A stretch of 64,000 nucleotides of DNA from a virus (Duplodnaviria; Caudoviricetes): the IMG/VR virus record IMGVR_UViG_3300020577_012390, positions 1-64,000 of that record. One strand, 5' to 3'. This document shows positions 30,963 through 40,463 of this stretch, one piece after another. Positions within the stretch are counted from its first letter, which is position 1. Every line of letters starts with the position of its first letter. The notes below the pieces were generated by a model. That model saw only the letters and a list, made by a program, of their open reading frames with translations. It made no database searches and was not told where the DNA came from. The position numbers and the translations under genes were made by a program.

Positions 30963-31595
30963 ATGGAAGAGAAGTTCGGCAAGGATTACTACAAGACTTT
31001 CTACCCGGTCGCGACGATTGGGCCTCGGAAGCGTACCGCGGTCGAGGTCTTCCGGATCACCAGGAACATCAGCCAGATGGTGTTCCAGGCGGACCTGCGG
31101 AGCGTGGCCGACGTGGGGGCGGGGATGGGTCTCTGGAAGGAGGCCATCGTTGCGGATAACCCGGACCTCTTTGGGATCAAGCCACCCGTACCCTTCGACA
31201 CGTTCGACGCGAGCAGCTACGCGACTTCAACCTTCGGTTGCAAGAAGATGGATATCGTTTTTCAGGAGCCCAAAGACGTTGACGGGAGGATCAGGTATGA
31301 CCTGGTCATCTGCAACGGGGTCTTCGGGTACCTGGCGGACGACCAGCTCCAGAAGGCGATCCAGCGTCTCCGCAAGTACGCGAGTCGTTTCCTGTACGTG
31401 GGCGAACTCTACTGCAAAGAGGATATTCAAGCCGGGAAATACGACATGAGGGGGACCGACGCCATGCAGAAGGTCCGGTCCATCCAGGACTACTGGAAGG
31501 CCCTCCGCGATGGCGGGTTCTTCTTCGTCGGGATGGGCTTGTGGGCGAACGGAAACCACAAGAATCTCTTCATGGCTTCCGAGGTCGGGGCGTAG
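30963..31595 (+). CDS. Class I SAM-dependent methyltransferase
   Basis: VADVGAGMG motif I, FDASSYA, YDLVICNGVFGYL. Confidence 0.75.
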   Translation: MEEKFGKDYYKTFYPVATIGPRKRTAVEVFRITRNISQMVFQADLRSVADVGAGMGLWKEAIVADNPDLFGIKPPVPFDTFDASSYATSTFGCKKMDIVFQEPKDVDGRIRYDLVICNGVFGYLADDQLQKAIQRLRKYASRFLYVGELYCKEDIQAGKYDMRGTDAMQKVRSIQDYWKALRDGGFFFVGMGLWANGNHKNLFMASEVGA

Positions 31596-31702
31596 GAACC
31601 TCCTAAAACGCGATATGGCGCGTTTTCGCGGTCTGGACGGGTCAAACCCCCACCCTACCCCCGAAAACGCGCGCCAGACCCCTTTCTGTTCGAGGAAACG
31701 GT

Positions 31703-32056
31703 ATGCCGAAGCGAGAGAATTGGAAGGATCTAACGGGGCGGGTCTTCGGGTCCCTCCGGGTGGTGCGCCCCTACATCGATCCCCGAGGGCGGGCGTCATG
31801 GTGGTGCGATTGCCTGGCGTGCGGGCGGATCACCATCATTGTGAAAACGTGGCATCTCGAAAACGGTAAATCGACCCGGTGTAACCAGTGCAAGGGGAAG
31901 GTCTACCGGAAGCTCACCGAGGACCAGGTGAGGGAAATTCGGGACCTGCATAAGCGTAAACAAGCGGGGTACGAGACCCTGGCCCGGAGGTATGGGGTGT
32001 CCAAGGGAGTCATCACCTCGCTGATGAGCGGGAAGACATACGAGGACGTGGTCTTA
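31703..32056 (+). CDS. HNH/AP2-endonuclease-associated N-terminal Zn domain plus HTH, no nuclease domain; ends at TTA
   Basis: DLTGRVFGSL...WWCDCLACG...C-x2-C; LTEDQVREIR...YGVSK; TTA 32054-32056 overlaps next ATG. Confidence 0.6.
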
Positions 32057-32433
32057 TGCCACCGCGTAGGGACTTGACGGGTCAGGTGTTCGGGCAGCTA
32101 ACCGTTATTCGCTACTCCAGAAGCGATAAGGGCGGTACCCGTAGGAGCTACTGGTGGTGCGAGTGCTCCTGCGGTCGGGTCTGCGTCGAGGTTCAACTTT
32201 CCGCCATCGTCAGCGGGAACACGAAGCGATGCGCGGCCTGTCGAATCGACATGGGGGCGGGCCACAAGTTGGCCCTGACCGAGGATCAGGTGAGGGAGAT
32301 TCGGCGCCTGTATTCCGAAAAGAAGACCACCTACCAGGAGCTTTCCGACATCTTCAAAGTCTCCCCTCCGGTCATAGCGCACGCCCTCGGGAAGGGGACC
32401 AAGCGCGTCAGGCGCTACGATGCGGTAAAGTGA
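32056..32433 (+). CDS. Paralogue of the preceding gene (Zn domain plus HTH)
   Basis: DLTGQVFGQL...WWCECSCG...CAAC; LTEDQVREIR. Confidence 0.6.
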   Translation: MPPRRDLTGQVFGQLTVIRYSRSDKGGTRRSYWWCECSCGRVCVEVQLSAIVSGNTKRCAACRIDMGAGHKLALTEDQVREIRRLYSEKKTTYQELSDIFKVSPPVIAHALGKGTKRVRRYDAVK

Positions 32434-32494
32434 AGTCATGACGGGTTACTAGCTAGAGTTGAAGTGCGGGTCATGTCGTGATATGAAGTAAAAC

Positions 32495-33160
32495 ATGCGA
32501 ATGATCGACATGACCGGGAACCGCTACGGAAGGCTTCTAGTGATCCGGAGGGATGGGTCAAACCATCGTGGAGAGAAACTCTGGCTATGTAATTGCGATT
32601 GTGGAAAAGCGATTACCCTGCCGGGGTACCCTCTTCGATCCGGGCATACATCTTCCTGCGGGTGCGGAGAGCACGAGATCAAGACCCCTCTCGATCATCG
32701 CTTCTGGTCCAAAGTAAGCACCCGAGGCGATGACGACTGCTGGCCGTGGGAAGGGGCCCCCAACAACAAGGGATATGGGCAGTTCTCGATCCCTTCGGGG
32801 TTGGGAGGGAAGCTCCGGACTCGATTTGTCTTGTCTCACAGGATGGCTTTCAAACTTTGGTACGGGCGAGACCCAACGGAAAATTTGCTTCATACTTGTG
32901 ACACCCCTCTTTGCTGCAACCCAACTCATCTAATTGAGGGGACTCAAAAGCAGAACTTGGAAGACATGCGGAAGAAGAATCGGGATGCCCACGGAGAGCG
33001 ACATCCTCAGTCGAAACTTACAGATGCCCAAGTCGAAGAGATTCGTGTGTGCGGTGATAGTGCTGCGGAACTTTCTTCTAGGTATGGGGTTTCCCTCACC
33101 TTGATCCGGCTCATTAGGAGAAACAAAAGGAGGATGCGCGATGGTAAATACAGCAAATGA
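32495..33160 (+). CDS. HNH homing endonuclease
   Basis: DMTGNRYGRL...WLCNCDCG; CWPW...GYGQF...SHR...HTCDTPLCCNPTHL...QN; C-terminal HTH; visibly more AT-rich. Confidence 0.85.
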   Translation: MRMIDMTGNRYGRLLVIRRDGSNHRGEKLWLCNCDCGKAITLPGYPLRSGHTSSCGCGEHEIKTPLDHRFWSKVSTRGDDDCWPWEGAPNNKGYGQFSIPSGLGGKLRTRFVLSHRMAFKLWYGRDPTENLLHTCDTPLCCNPTHLIEGTQKQNLEDMRKKNRDAHGERHPQSKLTDAQVEEIRVCGDSAAELSSRYGVSLTLIRLIRRNKRRMRDGKYSK

Positions 33161-34334
33161 ACCGATAGTGTTTATCGGAGCCTTGATTTCTACCGTAATT
33201 TTTTTGGCCGGTGGCGAAGTGGAGACCTTGACGAGGGCCCTTGTGGAAAATGGGGTCCGTCATATCCTCTACAGCTTCCACTACATCCACCAGATGCGGA
33301 AAGAGAGGTTTATCGCCAACGTGATAAGCCAGAACCCCCAGATCCAGTTCTTCCTGGACTCTGGGGCTTTCACGTACTGGACCATGGGACAGACCCAGCC
33401 CGAGCGTCTGATCCCCTTTAGGGAATATATCCGGCGCTATTTCCAATACATCGAAGAGTACGGGGAACTCTTCTGCCGGGTGACCGAGCCCGACTTCGAC
33501 GGGACCTTCGAGGAAATCACGCTCTCTATGGTTTATGACTGGCGCGAAGAGATGTTGACGCGCTGGCCCCACCTGAACGTCATCCCCGTGTGGCACCTGT
33601 GGCGCGGGACGGCAGAGTGGACGATGTATTGCGAGGACCCGAGGATCAAGGCGCTGGCCCTCGGTCGGTGTATCGGTCCCCCTGGGCTCCACCGTCGTCT
33701 GGTGATGGAGGCGCATCGACACGGGAAACCCGTCCATGGGTTCGCGATGACGAAGATGCAGACCGAGTTGAAGTGGGTGCCCTTCGATTCGGTGGACTCG
33801 ACCTCGTGGGTAATGGGCCAGAAGTACGGGACGACGTACATATTCAAGGCCAACAAATTCGTTGTGATGGCGAAGGACGCGGGGGGTAAGGACAAGCGCC
33901 GGCTCTACCGGGACTACTACAAGGGGATCGGCTGCGACCCCGACCTGGTCATCGCTGACAACGTAGCGGAAGTCAGGAAGTCCAATATCATCGCCTGGAG
34001 GAACCTGTCCGCGCGCTTCGAGGAGATGAGGAAACGGCAGAACCTCACTCACCACGACTTCCCTGACCTGCTGGGGAAGGACCCTGCGGAACCCGTCCCC
34101 GTGCCGAAGGAGCGCGAGGAGGGTATCGTAAGTAAGCTGTTCAAAAACGAGAAAGATCATCACGCGACCAGCGTGAACGCCTGGAGGACCCATGACAACG
34201 ACCCGCCGCCAGTACCTCGACCCCGTGACCCTTCTCACCCAGCTCAGGGACCTAAACCCCGACCTCTACCGGGAAGCCTTGGAAGTGGAGAACCGAGCGA
34301 GGGAATTGTCGAGCGCCCTCGACAGCGTGAGTAG
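33141..34334 (+). CDS. TGT-fold protein, probable DNA deazapurine transglycosylase (DpdA-like)
   Basis: FFLDSGAFT, PVWH, PVHGFA, FDSVDSTSW motifs; co-occurs with folE/queD/queE/queC/queF. Confidence 0.6.
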   Translation: MVNTANEPIVFIGALISTVIFLAGGEVETLTRALVENGVRHILYSFHYIHQMRKERFIANVISQNPQIQFFLDSGAFTYWTMGQTQPERLIPFREYIRRYFQYIEEYGELFCRVTEPDFDGTFEEITLSMVYDWREEMLTRWPHLNVIPVWHLWRGTAEWTMYCEDPRIKALALGRCIGPPGLHRRLVMEAHRHGKPVHGFAMTKMQTELKWVPFDSVDSTSWVMGQKYGTTYIFKANKFVVMAKDAGGKDKRRLYRDYYKGIGCDPDLVIADNVAEVRKSNIIAWRNLSARFEEMRKRQNLTHHDFPDLLGKDPAEPVPVPKEREEGIVSKLFKNEKDHHATSVNAWRTHDNDPPPVPRPRDPSHPAQGPKPRPLPGSLGSGEPSEGIVERPRQRE

Positions 34335-34506
34335 GGATAGTGGAGCCCTGAATAAAACGACCGAGGATCGTAAAGAACCTCTTTACAAGGGGGCGAACCC
34401 TGGTAACATTGTTGAAGGTTCCAAAAACGGAACGATCCTAGACGCGGCCCTCAAGATGGCCGCGGCGACCCGTAACAAGGAAAAAGAAGATGGGCATAAA
34501 CCTTAG
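34192..34506 (+). CDS. Hypothetical protein
   Basis: GGAGG RBS; overlaps the TGT-fold gene by 143 nt. Confidence 0.5.
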   Translation: MTTTRRQYLDPVTLLTQLRDLNPDLYREALEVENRARELSSALDSVSRDSGALNKTTEDRKEPLYKGANPGNIVEGSKNGTILDAALKMAAATRNKEKEDGHKP

Positions 34507-34927
34507 TCCGAAACACGGCGTCAACCTTGTCCTCCTGAGCTGCTTCTTCTGCGGCGGTGACGCGGGCCTGATGATGATGGGGAAGGTCTCACGGTCGAAG
34601 CTGGAGAAGATGGGGATCGACCCCTCGATGATCGACGGCTACAGGGACGACGCCACCATCCGGGGGAAAATCTGCAACGGGTCGATCTGCTCCGAGTGCG
34701 AGAAGGTCAAGGACCAGGCGATCTTCATCGTGCAGGTCCGCGACGGGGAGGAGGGGTCGAATCCCTACCGCACGGGGAAGATGGTCGCGATCAAGGAGGA
34801 GGCAGCCGAGAGGATGTTCCAACCGGAGTTTTTCGAGAGCGTCAAAAAGTCTCGGATGGCGTACTGCCCCGAGTCCGCGTGGAAGAACCTCGGGCTCGAC
34901 GAGGCGACCAAGGGGATGGACGGGTGA
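34490..34927 (+). CDS. Hypothetical protein with CxxC pairs
   Basis: CFFC...CSEC. Confidence 0.55.
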   Translation: MGINLSPKHGVNLVLLSCFFCGGDAGLMMMGKVSRSKLEKMGIDPSMIDGYRDDATIRGKICNGSICSECEKVKDQAIFIVQVRDGEEGSNPYRTGKMVAIKEEAAERMFQPEFFESVKKSRMAYCPESAWKNLGLDEATKGMDG

Positions 34928-35229
34928 AGCGATCCGAGAACGGCCTCACGAGCGAGGAGCGCCGGGAGATCGGGGTCCTGATGAGTCATTGGCACTCGTC
35001 CCAGGGTGACCCCATCTACGCGGTGGGCTCGTTCTTCGTGGACGGGAAGCGGTACCCCGACCGCGAGCAGGTCTCGTCCGCGCTCTACTGGATCGAGAAA
35101 GACCTCGGACAGGCGAGGGAGCGGAAGCACGGGTGGGGGCGCAAGGAGGTGGGGGAACTCCTCAAAATCTCGAAGGCGCTCAAGCGCGAACTCTGGACGT
35201 ATCCGAAGCCGAAAGAAGAGGACGAATTA
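34924..35229 (+). CDS. Hypothetical protein; ends at TTA
   Basis: GTGA-coupled start; TTA 35227-35229 overlaps next ATG and is followed by TGA. Confidence 0.55.
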
Positions 35230-35663
35230 TGAAAACGGTGAAAATCCTTCGTGGCATCCCCGGTAGCGGGAAGTCGACGCTGGCGCGTGAGATGGGCGAG
35301 GTAACGGTGTCCGCCGATGACTATTTCACGGTCGACGGCGTCTACAGCTTCAACCCTCGCGAACTCCCCAACGCCCACCAGGCGTGTTGGCGTCGGTTCT
35401 ACCGCGAGGCGGAAGCCGGTACCGAAGTTATCGTCGTCGATAACACGAACATCACCGCCGCCGAGATCGCGCCCTACGTTCTCCCCGCGGAAGCGAACGG
35501 GTACAAAATCCAGATCATCACCATCCAGGCCGACCCCGTTCAGGCGTTCAACCGCAACGTCCACGGGGTCCCCTTCGAGGTCGTCTTGAGGATGGCCGAG
35601 CGTCTGAACAGCGAAGTTCTCCCCCCGTGGTGGGAGCATATCCGCGAGGACGGGGGTTCCTGA
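35229..35663 (+). CDS. P-loop kinase (AAA_33/polynucleotide-kinase-like)
   Basis: ILRGIPGSGKST, SADDYF, VIVVDNTN, RNVHGVP. Confidence 0.8.
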   Translation: MKTVKILRGIPGSGKSTLAREMGEVTVSADDYFTVDGVYSFNPRELPNAHQACWRRFYREAEAGTEVIVVDNTNITAAEIAPYVLPAEANGYKIQIITIQADPVQAFNRNVHGVPFEVVLRMAERLNSEVLPPWWEHIREDGGS

Positions 35664-35665
35664 CC

Positions 35666-35920
35666 ATGGCGAGGTGCGAAGACTGGCCGGCGTGCGGTCA
35701 CGAGTTGGGTCTCTGCCCCGACTTCGATGACGAAACTGGCGAGCAGATAAACATGAAGTGCGTCTGCGGGGCGGTCCTGCCTGTGGACCATCATTCATCC
35801 TGTTGCGACCGTTGCCTCCACGACCCCGACTGCCCGGGGTGCGACTCCCGGTTCTGCGCGAATCGGCTCGAAGACTACGGCGGCGACGAGTACGAAGACG
35901 ACGAGGAGCCCGAGGAGTTA
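35666..35920 (+). CDS. Small Cys-rich protein; ends at TTA
   Basis: Many Cys/His; acidic tail; TTA 35918-35920 overlaps next ATG. Confidence 0.55.
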
Positions 35921-36267
35921 TGGCGAAGAAGAAAGCCGTCACGGACCGGAAACCTCTCCAGTGGCACCCGGGGGGTCTGGATAACGAGTTCGACGACGAA
36001 GACCGCATCACCTACACCGATTGGTTTTTCAACGTCCGGACTCACTCCGGCATCGTCATGACGGTGTACCTGACGCGAGAGTACACGGCGGAGCAGACCG
36101 ACTTCGCGGTGACGTGCGAACAGATGGGCCTGGACCGGAAGATGGACCTGCCCAAGGGGGCGACCGTCGCGGACGCGAAGCGTCAGGCCCTACGGGAATT
36201 CATGCGGGAGAATAACGACATCGGTGTCGCGCTTCTCCAATACCTCATCGACACCGCCAAGTTCTAA
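35920..36267 (+). CDS. Hypothetical protein
   Basis: GAGGAG RBS; TTATG-coupled start. Confidence 0.55.
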   Translation: MAKKKAVTDRKPLQWHPGGLDNEFDDEDRITYTDWFFNVRTHSGIVMTVYLTREYTAEQTDFAVTCEQMGLDRKMDLPKGATVADAKRQALREFMRENNDIGVALLQYLIDTAKF

Positions 36268-36280
36268 GAAAGAACCGAAA

Positions 36281-36631
36281 ATGGACGAGCTGAATAAACT
36301 CATTCAACCCAAGATCACCTCCGTCAGCCTGGAGAAGGTCGAGATCACCTACCCGCCCAACGACCAGGTCGTCAGCGAGATGAGGGCGCTCATCGACGAA
36401 CTCCCCGCGTGCCACACCACCGAGGACGCGGAGAAGGTCGAGCGGAAGTACAAGCACCTCATGTTCTGGTTGGGGACCATCCAGCGGATCATCGAGCTGT
36501 TCCCCTCGGAGGTGACCACCGAGTTCGAGCTGGGGAAGGAGGGGGAGTGGTTCTTCCGGCGCATGGGCGTCGAGGTGACGAAGCTGGAGAAGCGGACCAA
36601 CCTCCACAAGATGCTGACCATCTTCAAGTTA
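36281..36631 (+). CDS. Hypothetical protein; ends at TTA
   Basis: TTA 36629-36631 followed by an 80 bp spacer. Confidence 0.55.
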
Positions 36632-36711
36632 GCGTCCTCGAAAAACCGTACTAGCCCCAGAGGTGAGGTGACTCGCCCTGGGGTATAGGCGTTTGAAGGA
36701 GTCAAAAACAC

Positions 36712-36906
36712 TTGGCAAGGAAGAAAAGTAAAGACACGCACATGACCTACTTCCGGGCGGGGTCGTCGATGTACTCCACGCTCGTAGCGATCCAGAAGGA
36801 GTTCGCGCTCCTGGAGGGCGTCGAACCCTCCATGTCCGAGGTGGTCCGCCGTATGGTTTCTATCGGTATCGAAAAACACGAGAAGAACGCAGGGGTGAAG
36901 CGATGA
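36712..36906 (+). CDS. Small regulator, ribbon-helix-helix-like
   Basis: GGAG RBS; PSMSEVVRRMV helix pattern. Confidence 0.45.
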   Translation: MARKKSKDTHMTYFRAGSSMYSTLVAIQKEFALLEGVEPSMSEVVRRMVSIGIEKHEKNAGVKR

Positions 36907-37310
36907 CGAAGCCGGTGTGGTCGGATGGTCCCAGGTCTCAATCGATGGCCCTGAACGGGATCATCACCTCGGTCCTGTCCTTTGCTGACGACAAGTTCAC
37001 GGCGGTTTTGAAGGTCCGCGAATTCAAGGCCGAGTTCGCGGGTCCGAAGACCTACACGGGATCGGTTGCCATCCTCGAAGGTGACACGCGGATCTACCGC
37101 GCGATCCTGACGTGCCCCGAGGGCGTGCAGGCGAGGATGAAGGAGTCCGAGATCGTGAAGGCGTTCAAGCTGAACGCGACGATGGCGATCCGCGAGTGGG
37201 TGAAGAGCATCGACCGGGGGCTGAACGACATCGAGATCGAGCTGCGTCACGGGAAGGCGGTGCTCGCGAGGGCGAAGGCGGGCGGTAACAAGCCGAAAAT
37301 CCTCCGTTGA
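36903..37310 (+). CDS. Hypothetical protein
   Basis: ATGA-coupled. Confidence 0.55.
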   Translation: MTKPVWSDGPRSQSMALNGIITSVLSFADDKFTAVLKVREFKAEFAGPKTYTGSVAILEGDTRIYRAILTCPEGVQARMKESEIVKAFKLNATMAIREWVKSIDRGLNDIEIELRHGKAVLARAKAGGNKPKILR

Positions 37311-37317
37311 AAAACGG

Positions 37318-37346
37318 TTGACAGGGGGCGGGGACGATGTAAAGAT
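37318..37346 (+). promoter_or_regulatory. Possible sigma70-like promoter
   Basis: TTGACA-17-AAAGAT with a TG extension. Confidence 0.35.
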
Positions 37347-37370
37347 GGTCTTTACAAGGAGGAATTGAGG

Positions 37371-38132
37371 ATGAGCAAAAACCATAAGGAGATCGCGGTC
37401 GAGACGATGGGCTGGATCAAGGGGGTCGGTTCCATCGTCTTCCTGGGCAACAGCGAGGAGTACACCCTCGGTCTGCTGGAGCGCGCGTCGGAAGGGGCGA
37501 ATCTCTTCCCCGAGAAGAAGAGGCTCTACGGGGTCGAGGCCATCCAGTACGCGAGGGATCACCTGGTCTCCGAAGAGGAGGCCAAAGGGGTCACCACCGA
37601 AGTTCGCGAGCTGTATTACATTCGGAACGGTAGCGGGGGTTCCCTCCGCGAAGCCATCGAGCGGACGACAGCGGCGTCCCCCACCGACGCCGAAGAGGTC
37701 CGGTCCTCGTCTGACCTCGAACTCCTGCGCTCCCTCTACACCGCCAGGATGCGGTACTTCTACCGCGACGTCCTGGTGGCCAAGAGGACCGACGAGGACA
37801 CCGCGATGACGAAGCCCGAGCGGTATTCGGGGATCTTCATCGACGTGCCCGACTTCAAACAGAAGCGGCGCGAGTTCGATTTTCTGGGCCAGATTTTCGA
37901 CAGGTTCATCATCATGTCGGATGGGCTCCAAGCGAAAAAGAAGAACATCACCGAGCGCCGTCGCGTCCTCGTGTCCACCCCCCTGTTCGTGGGCAAGGAC
38001 GACAACATGAACCTGGAGTTCTGCCTCCAGACCTTCGATGGGCGTGACTGGCGTACGCACTTCAACGGGGGCGCGATCTTCCACAAGGATTCGGACCAGC
38101 CCTTTGACCAGGGTTGGTCTCTCCACACCTGA
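37371..38132 (+). CDS. Hypothetical protein
   Basis: AGGAGG RBS. Confidence 0.6.
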   Translation: MSKNHKEIAVETMGWIKGVGSIVFLGNSEEYTLGLLERASEGANLFPEKKRLYGVEAIQYARDHLVSEEEAKGVTTEVRELYYIRNGSGGSLREAIERTTAASPTDAEEVRSSSDLELLRSLYTARMRYFYRDVLVAKRTDEDTAMTKPERYSGIFIDVPDFKQKRREFDFLGQIFDRFIIMSDGLQAKKKNITERRRVLVSTPLFVGKDDNMNLEFCLQTFDGRDWRTHFNGGAIFHKDSDQPFDQGWSLHT

Positions 38133-38172
38133 TTATCAGCTACCGAAAAACAGAAAGAACAAGGACAAGAAC

Positions 38173-38976
38173 ATGCGCTACAACCACCCTGACACCCTCA
38201 AGGCCGGCGACGAGGTCAAGTTCCGTCGCGTCTCCGTCGAAGCCATGCGGGGGACCATGAACGTCCTCGCGTCCGCGGCTTTCAAACAGGTGAAAAGCGG
38301 AGAGATTCCCCATGGCTACTACCTCGCGGTCGATGGCGGGGTCGGCACCGTCAAGGCGTACATGGCGCCGGAGAAGGACCAGGAGATCGAGGTCTTCGGC
38401 GGGCCGCGTACCCCCGCGAAGGACGTGGAATACCTGGAGGACCTGGCCCCGGGGTGCGGTAACCCCGCCTGCACGGGTCAGTGCGGGACCATGGCGAAGT
38501 ACCTCAAGAACCACGCCGAGTTCCAGGAATTCGTGCTGGGGAAAAACGTCGAAGGTCTCAACCACGGCTGCGAGTTCGTGATCTCCCTGTACGTCCTCTC
38601 GCGCAACCCCGACGAGAAACAGATCGAGGTCATCAAGAGCCGGTTCCAGACCCTCTCCTTCGAGAAGGACGGTCCGAAGCTGGCCGACCTCAAGGACGTC
38701 GAGGTGAAGCCCGTCTTGATGGTCCTCTTTGGCCAACACAAAAACGGCGAGAAGGCCATCCTCGTGTCCTACCTCAACGAGGTCCAGACCCCCTACGGCA
38801 AGATGATGTTCGGGGACCTGACCGACAAGCTCCCCGACTGCCTGGAGATGGGGTGGAGCCCCCTGGTCGATGACGGCGAGAAGAACCCCGGCCCGGATGG
38901 GGTCCCCAGGACCCTCATGGAGGCGCTCCAGAACAACTGCGGGATTGTCCCGTTCAAGTTCCCCGAGCTGAACTGA
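38173..38976 (+). CDS. Hypothetical protein
   Basis: AGGA RBS; GC3-rich codons. Confidence 0.6.
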   Translation: MRYNHPDTLKAGDEVKFRRVSVEAMRGTMNVLASAAFKQVKSGEIPHGYYLAVDGGVGTVKAYMAPEKDQEIEVFGGPRTPAKDVEYLEDLAPGCGNPACTGQCGTMAKYLKNHAEFQEFVLGKNVEGLNHGCEFVISLYVLSRNPDEKQIEVIKSRFQTLSFEKDGPKLADLKDVEVKPVLMVLFGQHKNGEKAILVSYLNEVQTPYGKMMFGDLTDKLPDCLEMGWSPLVDDGEKNPGPDGVPRTLMEALQNNCGIVPFKFPELN

Positions 38977-39099
38977 ACCATAACTGACCGCGAGAAAAGC
39001 GGTCGCTGAGGTTCCGGAGAAAGGGCGATTCCCATAAGGGGGTCGCTCTTTTGACGTTTCTGATAAACGAAGCTAGAAATAGAGGAGAGGTGAAGGACC

Positions 39100-39354
39100 A
39101 TGTGGTGTGTCGTGATGATGCCCGACAGGGAAAAGAAGACCCTTACATTCCTTGTGGAGCCCGACGAGGTGACGAAGGCGAGGGAGGGGTACCGGCTTCA
39201 AGCGATGGGGATCGTGATAGGTGGGAGGAAAGCTACCCATGTGGACGAGTGGAAGCTGGTAGGGGGGCCTTTCCGTTCCCTCGCGGCGGCGTATGGTTGC
39301 CTCTCCACCGAAACGGCGGAGATGGCGGAGCTTCTGCTGGGGGATGGGAAGTAA
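39100..39354 (+). CDS. Small hypothetical protein
   Basis: GGAGAGG/AGGA RBS. Confidence 0.5.
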   Translation: MWCVVMMPDREKKTLTFLVEPDEVTKAREGYRLQAMGIVIGGRKATHVDEWKLVGGPFRSLAAAYGCLSTETAEMAELLLGDGK

Positions 39355-39371
39355 GAGATAAGGAAAATCGG

Positions 39372-40463
39372 ATGCCCAAAATCAAGAAAGAAGGGAAGGG
39401 GAACGGCCCCGACCTCTCGGACAAGATCAGCGAAGCCCTCCAAGGGAAGGACAAGAACCCCACCACCAAGAAGCTCTCCCTCAAGGACCTCAAAGCCCTC
39501 GGGGACAACAAGAAGACCAACCAGCTCCAGAAAGGGGGGCGGCGCGAAAAGGGCGCGTCAGCGCCCCAAGAAGGGGGGAGAAAAGAAAAGGAGAATAACG
39601 CTAACAGTAACGCTATCCCTTTCACTGATGAGGAGGAGAAGGACTCCGTAGAGAGCAGGGAAGGGGAAGACGGAGGGGAGAACACACAACAGGAAGAAGA
39701 CCCCCTGAACCCCACGGGCTACGTCCCACCCTCTCAAGTAGCTGAAATCGTTGAGGTTTCCCCGGAGGCTAATGGGAACTCAGAGCCCTCAGAATCGGTA
39801 TCCGTGGCTGTGGAGACCAGGGCCCCCCTCCCCATCCTGTCGGGTGCTGAACCCCCGGCCCATGTGAAGAAGGAGATGGCCAAGAGGAAGTCCCTCCCGG
39901 TCCTGGGATGCTCCTCCTGTCACATTGGTCAGTCCTGCCCCGAGTACAAGGAGGGGTATGTCTGCGCTTACAACGATGCTTTTGCGGCGTTTCCTGCGCG
40001 GGACGTGGACTCCGTGCTAACGGAAATGGCGGGTATAGTTTCGACAAACAAGGGCCGTCTGATGCGGGCGTACTACGCGGAGCAGCAGGTAAACGGCGGG
40101 GCTTTGGATATGAACGTCACCAGGCAGTCCCAGGTGGTGATGGACCAGATGAACCTCCTCCTGGCTCTCCATCAGGAGCAGAGGAAGGTCACGGTCACCG
40201 TCCACGGGCAGGGAGTGGCGAAACAACAAGGTCCAGGCATCCTTTCGCGTCTTTTCGCGAAGAATCCGGCCAATACACCCCCCTCCCCCACCCTGGAACT
40301 GAACGCTTCTCAGTCCGCGAACAACGGTACTGGACCTCTCCCACAGCAAGAGATCCCCGGTCTGTCCCCGGAGGCGATGGCTGAGATCAAAAAACTTGAG
40401 GACAGCCCTCCCCAGGACCCAGTTTCCGCGATCCCCGGGGGCCAGGCGGGCGGGTCCCCGTTA
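39372..40463 (+). CDS. Hypothetical protein with CSSC...CP...C zinc motif; ends at TTA
   Basis: Low-complexity A-rich N-terminal half; TTA 40461-40463 marks the start of the large non-coding region. Confidence 0.55.
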
